In this document: one piece after another, positions 36,880-49,300 of the stretch
Position numbering within the stretch: the stretch's first letter is position 1
Layout: each line of letters opens with the position of its first letter
Source of the DNA: Malacoraja senta
Lineage: Eukaryota
Length of the DNA: 64,000 bases
Direction of reading: 5' to 3'
Assembly (NCBI GenBank): GCA_038087875.1
Contig: JAXLNO010000270.1
Span: 1 to 64,000, forward strand
The notes under the pieces: generated by a model
Seen by the model: only the letters and a program-made list of their open reading frames with translations
Databases searched by the model: none
Told to the model about the DNA's origin: nothing
Made by a program: the position numbers and the translations under genes

Positions 36880-39800
36880 CCTCCTGAGGGTGATGTGGGG
36901 AGAGGGTGAGGGAGCGGGAGGAATGTGGGGATGTTTGGGGAAGGCTGAGGGGACAGAGAGATAGCGGAGGGATGTAAAGAGGAGAGGGAGAGAGTGGACG
37001 GCGAGGAGGAGGAGAGAGAGGTAGTGGAGAAGGCGAGGTGCACGGGGGGTTAATAATGGGGAGCGGGAGGAGAGGAGAGACGGCAGAGGACGAGGGGAAA
37101 GAGGAAAAGCAGGAGGGCAAAGAGGGAGAGGAGGAGTGTTGAGTGAGAGAAGGGGTTGGATAGAGAATGAGATGGACGGGGAAGGAGATGGGGAGACAGC
37201 TGGGAAAGGGGGAGAGGAGGAGGGAAATGAGGAAGTGTCATGGTCAGAGGGGAAGACGAGCGGAGAGTGGGAGCAGTGTGCTGGACAGGGAGGGAGATAA
37301 GGGCAAGGATGGAGTGATGTTGCGGGAGAGCAGGAAGTAAATGGGATTGGGGGTACGGGGAAAGAGGGGAGCGTGGGGAAAGGTGTTAGTAGAGCGGAGG
37401 GTGAGAGTAGGGTGAGAGGGGGCAGGGAGTGTGGGCTGAGAGGGGAATGTCGGGAGAGAATGGGTGATGAGTGTGAGGAGAGAGAGAAGCGAATGTGGGG
37501 AGAGAAGTGTAAGACTAGGGAGAGAGATAGAGAGGAATTCCGAGAGAGAGGAGGATAGTTGAAGTGCGATGGGGAGAGTAGTGTGGGGAGAAAGATGGGG
37601 AATAAGGGTGGGGAGAGAGGGGGTGGAGAGAGAGATTTGTAAATGTGGTGAGATTGGATGGAATGTTGGGAGAGAGGGGGTGTGGGGAGAGGGAGAGGGG
37701 GGAGTGTGAGGAGGCAGATGGGATCGGGCGAGAGGGGAGGACTGTGGAGAAAGTAAGGAATGTATGAAGAGATGGGGAGAAGGGGTGAGAGGGAGTCTGA
37801 GAGGTGAGTGGGGGAGATGAAGATGGCTTGTGTAGGAGAGGAGGGAGCACGATCAGAGAGAGGTTGATGGGAGAGGTGGAAGGGTTAGACGGAGACAGAG
37901 AGGGAGAGAAGATGAGAGGGAGATTTGGAGAGGGAGGTAAGGGAAAGGATTGAGTGATGTTATCGAGATAGCAGTAGGGTAATGGAAACGGGGTGTGGGG
38001 AGAGGGGGAGTGGGGTCAGAGAGTCGGAGTGGGGAGAGTGAGGGGGGGGTTGAGGGGAGAGATAGGGAGGAATGTGGGCAGAGAGAGGAGAACATCGTGG
38101 GGAGAGAGAGTGGGAGTATGGGGAGAGAGACTGAGGATTGTGGGAAGAGAGGGGTGTTATCCGGAAGTGGCGGCGCTGCCCAATCAGCTGCGGCTCGCCT
38201 GCATTCTTTCCTTGTCCTTTCTTTTTTTGTTTTCTTTTTGTCTTGTTAGCTTTATGTGTTAGTCTATTTTTCGTTGCGTATATGTGTGGGGGTGGGGAAA
38301 ACATTTTTAATCCCATCCTTCAACGGGGATGCGACCTTGGGGGCTCCGGTGGCAGAGCGGGTGGATTCACCATCGCGGAACTGGCTGACTTCGGGGGCTG
38401 TAGTGGCGCTGTGGCTCCGACCCGGCTTCGGAGCTTGGGAGACTTCGGCCGCGGGCCTTGAGGACGGTAACATCGGAGCTCGCAGGTCCCTGCTTGGTGA
38501 CCACTTTTCGTGAGCTCCCGCGGCGGCAGTTTCGTCCTCCCCGAGTCGCGGAATGTTCGTGGAGCTTAAATCGGTCGCGGCATTTATCATCGCCCGGCGG
38601 GTGCTTCAACATCGAGAACCTCGATCGCCTCGACGCAGCGGGAGAATAAGCAAGGAAGAGATAATACTTTTTCCTTTCCATCGCAGTGAGGAGGTGCCTG
38701 GACATTCACTGTGATGGATGTGTTAAATTGTGTTGATTGTGTGTTTTGTTGTTTTTTTTCTGTCATGACTGCATGGAACGAAATTTCGTTCACACGTCTT
38801 TGATTGACAATAAAGGAAATTCAATTCAATTCTAGAGCAGGAGGGGGGAATGGGAAATTGGGAAATAAGTAGTAGTGCGGGGTGGAGAGTGGAGGAGTGA
38901 GGGATGCGAAGGGAGTGGGAGGCATGTGGGGAGAGAGAGAGGAGGAGATTGGGTAAAAGGACTGTGGGGAGAAGTGGCCTGTGTAGAGAGAGAGAACGGG
39001 GGAAGAGATTGCGGAGACCAAGGTGGAGACGGTGCAGAGAGGGGGGTAGTTGTGTGGAGGGTGTGCGGAGAGAAAAGAGGAAAAGTGTTCGGATGTTAGA
39101 ATGACTGTGGGGCGAAGGGAGTGTGAGGACAGTGGGGAAGTGGGATGAGATAGGGAATGGGAATACAAATTGAGAGAAGTATGCGGAGAGCGAGGGGTGG
39201 TGGGAGGAAGGTTAGGAGGTGGCACAGAGACGGGAAGTGTGGGCAGACAAGAAGTGGGGGGAGAGAATAGGGGACGAGTGGCGTGATAAAGGACGAATGT
39301 GTGAATGTGGATGGGAGGAGTGTGGGGAGAGGATGTGTTTGTTCAGAGTTGGAGAATAGTGAGTGAGGGGGGGAGTGGGCAGAGAGAGAGAGAGTGGAGT
39401 GGACGGAGAGAGAGTGCAGGTGTGTGCGGTTGGGGAGTGAGCAGGAGGCGTTTGGGGGCGATAGGTGGAGGAGTGGGGGATAGTAATGGGAAGGAGCTTA
39501 GGGAGAGAGAGGTGAAGCCGTGTGGGGAAAGAAAGTGGAAGGAGTGTGGGGAGATGGGAGGAGTGTGTGGCGGGAGCGTGGAGTGATGGAACGGAGAGGA
39601 AGAGGGGAAAAGTGGAGGTGGAGAAGAGAGAGGAAGTAAGCTGACGGGCAGAGCGAGTGAAGGACAACTACAGAGCGATGATTCGGGGAGAGCGGTAGGG
39701 GAATGGGAATGGGGGGATGGGGACAGATGGGGAATAGCAGTGAGAAGACGGAGGTCCGGAGGCTTGGGTGAGAGACTGAGTCGGTGAATGGGGGAACGAA

Positions 39801-40115
39801 ATAAAGCAGTGGGGAGAAAGAGGGGACGGGGTGTGTGGAGAGAGGGACGGGGTGTGTGGAGAGAGGGACAGATTAGTGGGGAGAGAGCTCGCCGAGAATG
39901 GGGAAATCGGACGAGCGTGGGGAGAGAGTGTGCAAGGAGTGGAGAGAGACAGTGGTGGGGTGGGGAGAGAGTGTGTAGGAGCGCTAATGGATTGGCACGT
40001 GGAGGGCTGGAGGTAGTGGTGGGAGAGAGGGTCAGAAGATTGTTGGGAGGAGTCAGATTCAGAGGAGTTGAGGAGAGACAGAGGAGTGAGGAGAGAGTGG
40101 TGGATGAATGAGAGG
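36880..40115. repeat. ~3.2-kb G/A-rich low-complexity tract (interrupted at 38160-38832)
   Basis: Strongly purine-biased plus strand with many GGG/GAGA runs. Confidence 0.92.
38160..38832 (+). mobile_element. CpG-rich non-coding retroposon with Rex1-like 3' tail
   Basis: Starts tccggaagtggcggcgc; ends gaaatttcgtt...gacaataaagg(aattc)n, resembling the Rex1 tail at 48994-49055. Confidence 0.7.
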
Positions 40116-40124
40116 AAGGTATGT

Positions 40125-40355
40125 CATAGGGTCATAGAGTCATAGAGTGATACAGTGTGGAAACAGGCCATTCGATCCAAATTTCCCACACGGACAAATA
40201 TGTTCCAGCTACTTTAGTCCCATCTGCCTGCGTTAGGTCCATATCCCTCCAAACGTGTCCAAACGTGTCCTATACGTGTACCTGTCTAATTGTTTCTTAA
40301 ACTTCGTGCTAGTTCTAATTCCAACCTCAACTTCCTCCTCTGGCAGCTTGTTCCA
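40125..40355 (-). mobile_element. CR1-type 3' end fragment abutting the GATA array
   Basis: (gtcataga)n tail, gaaacaggccattcg; similar to 41020-41225. Confidence 0.75.
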
Positions 40356-40893
<538 letters not shown>

Positions 40894-41242
40894 TAAATAA
40901 ATCTGCATTCTGCACTGTGCAATTTATTTATTTGCAATGCCTCGTGAACTTGTACATAGATTATAAAAATGTGCATTACGGAAAAAAGCCTTTCAGTTCA
41001 TAACGTATGCCAAACATGATAGAGTCATAGAGTGATACAGCGTGTAAACAGGCCATTCGGCCCATTGCCCACACCGGCCATCATGTCCCAGCTACAACAG
41101 TGCCACCTGCCTGCATTTGTTCCTTATCCCTCCAAACCTGTCCAATCCATGTACCTTTCTAACGGTTTCGTGAACGTTGGAATAGTCCCAGCCTCCACTA
41201 CCTGATCTGGCAGATTGTTCCATACACCCAACACCATTTATT

Positions 41243-41556
41243 TTGTTTAGTTTAGAGACACAACGCGGAAACATGCTCCTCGGCCCACCGAGACCTCAGC
41301 GACCAGCGATTCCCGCATACTCACGCTACCCTACACACAATAGGAACAATGTTACATTTATACTAAGCCAATTAACCTGCAAACCTATACGTCTTTGGAA
41401 TGTGGGAGGAAACCGAGGATCTCTGTGAAAACCCACGCAGGTCACGGGGAGAACGTACACAATCTGTACAGACAGCACCCGTAGTCGGGATCGAGTCCAT
41501 GTCTCTTGCGCGATAAGCGCTGTAAAGGCAGCAACTCTATCGCTGTGCCACCGTGC
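41243..41556 (-). mobile_element. HE1/V-SINE-like tRNA-derived SINE
   Basis: Reverse complement of the 58518-58843 copy; cgtgggtttt and ttcctcccaca core; (ctaaa)n tail. Confidence 0.85.
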
Positions 41557-41959
41557 GTATGAAAATGATACCCCTCAGTTTCCTATTAAATCTTTTACTC
41601 TTTACAAATCTATGTCGTCTGGTCTTCGATTCACCTCATCCTCCGGCGCTCCAAGGAATAGAGTTCCAGCGTACTCAACCTCTCCATATAGAACGGACCC
41701 TCTAGTCCTGGTAACATCCACGTAAATATTATCTGTACCCTTTCCAGCTTAACAATTTCTTTGCATATAACATGGTGCCCAGATCTTAACACAATACACC
41801 AAATGCGATCTCATCATCTTCTAAAACAACTGCAAAATGACCTCCCGCCTTCTATACTAAGTAGTCTGAGTGATGATTTCCAATGTGCCAAATGCCTTTT
41901 TGACCAACTTATCCACAGTACCTGCGACACGAACTTCAAGGAACCATGCATCTGCACTA

Positions 41960-43160
41960 CTATCTGGACTTTCAGAAGGCATTCGACAAGGTCCCACATA
42001 AGATATTAGTATGCAAACTTAAAGCACACGGTATTGGGGGTTCAGATTTGATGTGGATAGAGAACTGGCTGGCAGACAGGAAGCAAAGAGTAGGCGTAAA
42101 CGGGTCCTTTTCAGAATGGCAGGCAGTGACTAGTGGGATACCGCAAGGCTCAGTGCTGGGACCCCAGCTATTTACAATATATATTAATGAACTGGATGAG
42201 GGAATTGAATGCAACATCTCCAAGTTTGCGGATGACACGAAGCTGGGGGGCAGTGTTAGCTGTGAGGAGGATGCTTGGAGGCTGCAAGGTGACATGGATA
42301 GGTTGGGTGAGTGTGCAAATGCATGGCAGATGCAGTATAATGTGGATAAATGTGAGGTTATCCACTTTGGTGGCAAAAACAGGAAAGTAGACTATTATCT
42401 GAATGGTGGCCGATTACGAAAAGGGGAGATGCAACGAGAACTGGGTGTCATGGTACACCAGTCATTGAAAGTAGGCATGCAGGTGCAGCAGGCAGTGAAG
42501 AAAGCAAATGGAATGTTAGCATTCATAGCAAAAGGATTTGAGTATAAGAGCAGGGAAGTTCTACTGCAGTTGTACAAGGTCTTGGTGAGACCACACCTGG
42601 AGTATTGCGTACAGTTTTGGTCTCCTAATCTGAGGAAAGACGTTCTTGCCATAGAGGGAGAACAGGGAAGGTTCACCAGACTGATTCCTGGGATGGCAGG
42701 ACTTTCATATGAACAAAGACTGGATAGACTCGGCTTGTACACGCTAGAATTTAGAAGATTGAGGGGTGATCTTATAGAAACTTACAAAATTCTTAAGGGG
42801 TTGGACAGGCTAGATGCAGGAAGATTATTCCCGATGTTGGGGAAGTCCAGAACTAGGGGGTCAACGTTTAAGGATAAGAGGGAAGTATTTTAGGACAGAG
42901 ATGAGAAAATCAATTTTTAAACAGAGAGTGGTGAATATGTGGAATTCTCGGCCACAGAAGGTAGTTGAGGCCAGTTCATTGGCTATATTTAAGAGGGAGT
43001 TAGATGTGGCCCTTGTGGCTAAAGGGATCAGGGGGTATGGAGAGAAGGCAGGGATGGGATACTGAGTTGGATGACCAGCCATGATCATATGGAATGGCGG
43101 TGCAGGCTCGAAGGGCCGAATGGCCAACTCCTGCACCTATTTTCTATGTTTCTATGTTTC
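41960..43160 (+). mobile_element. Young 5'-truncated CR1 (family A), RT + 3' UTR, nested in an older minus-strand CR1
   Basis: Open 315-aa RT frame; (tctatgtt)3 tail; absent from the paralogous site at ~56755. Confidence 0.95.
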
Positions 43161-44616
43161 TATCCCTCTTGTCGACAACACTCCCCAGAGCCCCACCATT
43201 CACTTAGGTCGAGCCCATGTTAACCTTCCCAAAATCCAACACCTCACATTTATCTGTATTCAATTCCATCAACCATTCCTATGCCCACCTGATAAATCGA
43301 TCAAGATATTGGTGCGAAATTTAACAACCGTCTTCACCATGAGCAAAATCACCCACTTTTTTTTATCATCAGCAATCTTGCCATGTATGTTGTCGTCCAA
43401 ATCATTGATGTAGATGACAAACAATAACGGTCTCAGAACCGAACCATGAGGCACACCAACAGTCAGAGACCACCAGCCCGATAAGCAACCTTCCACCATC
43501 GACCTCTGCTTCCTTCCGTGAAACCAATTTTCGATACATTCAGCTATCTCTCTTTGGATCACATGCGATCTAACCTACCATGTGGAACTTTGTCGAATGA
43601 GTCACTGAAATCCATGTATACAACATCGACAGATCACTTCTCAACGACTTTTTGGTCACGTCTGCAAAAATCTCAATCATACTTGTGAGACACTACCTTC
43701 CACGTACAAAATCATGCTGCCTATCCCTAATCAGCCCTTGCGTACCCTACTGCCTGTATATCCAACTACCTGTAAATAAGGTTGCTTATCGGGCTGGTGG
43801 CCAGTGACTAGTGGTGTGCCTCAGGGTTCGTTGCTGATCCCGTTACTGTATGTCATCTACCCCGCTGTCCATGCCATATCCTTATTTCCTGCTCAATTTA
43901 CCGGTCCAATTGTTACATTTAAATTGCCTTTATTGCCTGAGATTACGTTTATTGTCACTGCCTTATCAATATTTGCAAATCATCCTAATGACATCTTAAT
44001 GGCAGGACGCAATAAATTGACTGAGCAAAATATATTCAGGAATACGCCGTCAATATGCAAGAGTCCCATGGAGAATGGAGGAAAAGCTGAAAACGACTCA
44101 TGAACGTGGATGGCCCGTACATCCCCCAGTGAAATATCCAGCAGCAAACCGCATATTTATGCACCCCTTAAAGTCACTTTCTGCCACATTTCTATGTGCT
44201 GCAAATAGTGTTACAATTGATCGGTGACCGAGAACCAACGAACCGACGCAAAACCTGAGCACGGTGCTGACCTCTTTGATCACCCAGCTTTCCCCCTTGG
44301 TCGGACTTTGCTGGCTTTACCTTGCACTAAGCGTTATTCATTTATTATGTATTCCCTTATCACAGTGAATGGATCGATTGTAATCATGAGCTCTCTTTCT
44401 GCTGACTGGTTAGCACGTAACAAAATATTTTTACTGTACCTCGGTACATATGACAATATACTAAACTAACCTAAACTAAACTCAACTAATCTAAACACAT
44501 TTTTGAAAACAGTTTAACCTTCATGACACAACACTGAACTTTCAACCTCCTGCGTTGGAAACCTCTGATGACAACATTACAACTAATTGCATGTAATATC
44601 CTCGATGAACTAAACA

Positions 44617-46007
44617 CGATTTTTCGCCAGCTTACTCAGCGTTCTCCTGCGCTGCGATTGCACCAAATGTCTTTCCGATCGGTGGTCTAATCTAATCTTG
44701 CGCAGATCGATCACCTCTACTGCCGTGCAGCGTCGCGTGGATTTCTCCTGTCACTCGGCGGGACGGTCCACCCTTTCCTGCGCCATCGCGTCTTTACTGC
44801 AACGGTAGATGGCCGGCGGAGGTTTCCAAACGGACACAATTTTCGGAATGACAGGAAACGGCCCTGCCCCGCACTGGAAATGTCGCCAAACGGAAAGCGG
44901 AGAATCTGATCTCGGCAGAGGAGAACGACCAGCGACCAGCGACCAGCGACCAGCGATCAGCAACCGGTGTGAGTCCGCTCCAGCCACTTCCCCTCTCGAC
45001 CACCTCGCTGGCTCCTGCCCCCTCCCCTGTGACACCGGCCACAACACCCGTATTTTCTCCGACCTCTCTCCCCCCCGCCCTCACTACACCCCCCGCGCTC
45101 ATACAACCCTCTCCCTCCACAGCGCACCCCACCCCCCCGGGCCCACACACCCGCAACCACCCCGCAACCTCCCCCCCCCCGCACAACCCCACCTGTCCCC
45201 CCGCCCAGACCCCCCTCTCCTCGTACACACAACCCCGCCCACATCCCCTTCCCCCACCCCCTCTCCTCCACATCCCACTCCCCCACACACCCCTCTCCCC
45301 AACACACACCCTCCCCCATACCCCCTCGCCCACACCGCACCCGCGCATCGCCTCCGCCCCGCGCCCACACCCACCCGCCCACACCCCCCTCTCCCCGTAC
45401 TCACAACCCCGTCCATACCACCTCCACTCACACACCCCACACACACTCCCTCCCCCACACACCCCCATCCCACCCCCCTACCCCACTACTCCCTTCCCCC
45501 ACAACTCCACTCCCCCGCATCTCCCTCTCCCCCACACACACACCCTCCCTACCCACATCCCCGCCCACACAACCCCTCGCACACACACCCCTCCCCTTCC
45601 CCACATCCCCCCTCTCCCACACACCCTCTCCCCCAAATGCTTCCCGCCCATATCACCTCTCCCCCACACCCCCACACCCGTCAGCAGGGCCTGCGCAGTA
45701 ACACTTGCGTGTTCTACGTCACACTGGGAACACAATGGGCGGGAATGGCTGCGCCGCCGGAGAGCCGCTAAGAGTGGATTGGGGTCTTTGAGGGGAGATG
45801 GGGTGAGTGCGTGGGATCGTAAGGGCAAGGAACGCAGTGGGGGGGGGGTGAGGGGAAGAGAGGGGATCAGGTGCGCCACAACGAGAATCCGTCAGCCGCG
45901 CCTGCGCAGTTCGGGCTATTTGTGAGTGGTGGAATAACACATTGGGGGAACGGTATTCGTAGGGGGAACGGGTGAGTGGTGGACCCAACGGGTCCCACTT
46001 AGTCTAG
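44617..46007 (+). mobile_element. Probable non-autonomous Helitron (3' end clear, 5' end uncertain), with internal (cgaccag)n and C-rich tract
   Basis: Subterminal hairpin gtggaccc-aac-gggtcccac (45979-45998), then CTAG (46004-46007) followed by T. Confidence 0.6.
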
Positions 46008-46213
46008 TAAGACATAAATGCACCTGCAGTTGCCATGCTTACCGACGTCAATTGAGCAAAACGATGCAATTCGTGTTCATTGCAGATGAGAATAATTATA
46101 GATATTGAACGAATACTGTCAAATACCTACAATAATGCAAAATAAAAACTTGTATCCAGTCGGGGAGAAAATGTAAAACATAGGGGTCAAGATTAAATGA
46201 ACTCATGTCACTG

Positions 46214-46341
46214 GTCTGTAGAAGGGGCTCGACCCAAATTGTCACCCATTTATTCTCTCCAGAGATGCGACCTGTCCCACTGAGTTACTCCATCATTTTG
46301 TGTCTATCTTCGGTTACCATTAGCATCTGCAATTCCTTCCT
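46214..46341 (+). mobile_element. Short Penelope-derived tail element with 13-bp flanking direct repeat
   Basis: actcatgtcactg at 46201-46213 and 46342-46354; degenerate ctgtagaagggg...gaccc motif. Confidence 0.78.
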
Positions 46342-46394
46342 ACTCATGTCACTGCTTATCCAGACCGATCACAGACCGCACTGTTAATGTCACT

Positions 46395-49300
46395 GCTCAA
46401 CCAGACCCAGGTCGACTTCCAAGTGAACAACGGAGCGAGCGTAAGCATCATGCTACGCAGATAATTACACGGCGTAGACCACACACTAGCCCCATGTCAA
46501 AAGAAGCGCATAATGTGGAATACGACTACATTGGACGCGGATGGAGATTGCCGGGTTAAGCTGGTCAACACCAAGACAAACTGCAGTATTCAGTGGAGTT
46601 CATTGTGGTCAGTGATGGCTTCACACCACTGCTAGGAAGCAAAGTTAGTCAGCGAATTAATTTGATCACTGTAAATGACGACAGCTTTCACCATGTACAC
46701 ACGTCGACTTTCGAGAAAGAGACAACGGGTAAGACTGAAAAATGCTATGCCGAGGTGTTCGACGGTAAACTAGGAGAGCTGCCTGGTGAAGCACACCTGC
46801 ATATTGACGAGGAAGTGCAACCCACGGTCTTACCACCACGACGATCACCTCATGGGATAAAGCAGAAGGTGAAGACGGAGCTAGAGCGCTTAGTAGAGCG
46901 TCACGTGATCGCACCAGTTAACGAGCCGACGAGTTAGGTCAGCCAGCTCGTGGTCGCGGAGAAAAAGAATGGCAATCTCCGGGTGTGCATCGATCCACGA
47001 CCGTTAAACAAAGCGCTGAAGCGAGAACACTGCTGCTCACAGTTATTTAGGACATCTTACCAGATCTCGACCAAGCGAAGATCTTCAGTAAGTTAGACAG
47101 GAGCTCAGCTTTCCGACAGGTGAACCTTGACGACGAATCGTGCAATCTGACGACGTTCAACACACCTTTCGGTCGTTACCGGTGGCGCCGATTGCCAATC
47201 GGTTTATGCGTAGCGACTGAAATCTTCCAGCGAAGATTACATCAAGCGCCCGAAGGGCTAGCTGAAGTGATCTGCGTTGCGGACGACATCCTTATCTATG
47301 GTAAGGGAGAGGCGATGGAAGACGCTGTCATCGAACACGACTCCGAGCTCGAGCAGTTGCTTCAGCGATGTGTACAGCAACAGATCAAACTCAACAACTG
47401 AGAAACCCTTTTTAGGACATGTGATCACTGGCACAGGACTGCAACCAGACCCCAAAAAGGTCGCACATGTCGTCAATATGCCAGCACCCTCCGATGTATA
47501 GGGTGTGCAGAGGCTAGTTCGATTTGTCAACTACCTGAGCCGTTTTCTACCCAGCCTGTCTGATACCCTTGAGCCCATCAGACAGCTGACGAGACCAGAC
47601 ATAGCATGGGAGTGGTCTGCTGAGCAGGACATAGCGATGTCCAAGATCAGACAGATGGTATCTGAAGCAACGATCTCAGCATACTACAATCCCAAGGTTG
47701 CCGATTCAGTGTGACGCGAGCAACAAGGGACTGGGGGCAGCCTTGGTCCAAAAGGGACGTCCCATCGCATATGCGAGCAGAGCAATAACTGACATCGTAT
47801 CGCGCTATGCCTCGATTGAGAAGGAGATGCTCGCCGTGGTATTTGCAATGGAGCGTTCCCATCTGTGTACATCTGGTCGTTTCATCAGCGTGATCAGCGA
47901 TCACAAGCCGTTGGAAATGATAGCAAAGAAGCCGCAAGTGAAAGTGCCGAAGCGTCTTCAAGGAATGCTACTCCTCCTGCAGAGCTATGATTTCGACATC
48001 AGCTACTGTCAGGGGAACCTCATGTACCTTGCGGATACACTATCGCGTACAGTTAGCGGTACTCCGAGCAGAGAGCACGCCTTCGAGGAGGTAAACATGG
48101 TATGCAAGGTGCCAATTCGAGATGAGCGTCTCGAGCAAATTGGCGATGAAACAGCGAAAGAAGACACACTACAGATGCTGAAACGTGTCATCATTAGTGG
48201 TTGGCCTAGTGAATTAGATAGGCTACCAGAGCAGCTCACGCCTTATTACAGCTTTAGGGATGAGCTCGTAGTCCAAGATGGTTTGATCTTGAAGGGCGAG
48301 AGCGTGATCATACCGACTAGATTAAGAAGAGAAATGAATGAAAAGATACACTCTTCACATCTAGGCGTCGACGGCTGCCTGCGACGAGCACGCCAATGCC
48401 TATTCTGGCCTGGCATGAGTAGCCACATCAAGCAGTATATTGTGATGTGTGCTGCACCAATGAGGTAAGCCAGCAAAAAGAGACACTCATGAGTCATGAG
48501 CTACCGACCCTGGCACAGGACTGCAATCGGACCCCAAAATGGTCGCACATGGGAGAAAGGCCATGGGAGAAAGTCGGCACAGATCTCTTGATATGGGACG
48601 GGAAATATTAACTCGTCACCGTAGATTACCATAGCAACTTTGTCGAAGTAGACCGGCTGAGAGACACGAGCAGTCCAACCGTGATTCATAAGTTCGAAGC
48701 TAATTTCGTGTGAGACGGTAGCTCGATTCAAGTTGTGAGCGATAACGGGCCGCAGTACACATCGGGCGCATTTCGCCAGTTCGCGAGGGAATGGGATTTT
48801 GAGCACCTGTGTAGCAGTCCCGGTAATAGTAAAGCGAACGGGAAGGCAGAATTAGCCGTCAAATCAGCGAAGCGAATCATGACGAAGAGCAGCAAATCAC
48901 GATCCGACCCCTACCTAGCGATGTTGGATCGTCGTAATATGCCTTCGCAAGAGCTGAGCACAAAGCCTCATGAATCGACGCACGCCTACACTTGAATGAA
49001 TTAATACTTTATTTTCATTATAACATGTAAACATGTACAACGAAATTAAAAATGCCAACCAGTCAGTGCACCATTCACACATTTTCTAAAAGCAAATGTC
49101 TAAAATAAACAACTAAAATAAATAACATGAAAAAAAAATTATTCTGTCGATTTCACAGTCCCTTTGGTGTGTAGCACACCTCCGCTCATTTGGTGGCTAC
49201 ATTAAGTGTAGTTATTGCTGTGGGATAAAAACTGTTTTTAGTCTGTTTGTCCTTGTCCTCATTGATCTGTACCGTCTGCCTGACGGCAACAGTTCAAACA

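Noticed and set aside
36815..40111. Numerous Pro/Ser/Leu- or Gly/Glu/Arg-rich ORFs
   Set aside because: By-products of the purine tract; no domain signal
44794..45925. Pro/His-rich and Gly-rich ORFs of 224-320 aa
   Set aside because: Stop-poor C-rich low-complexity DNA open in several frames on both strands
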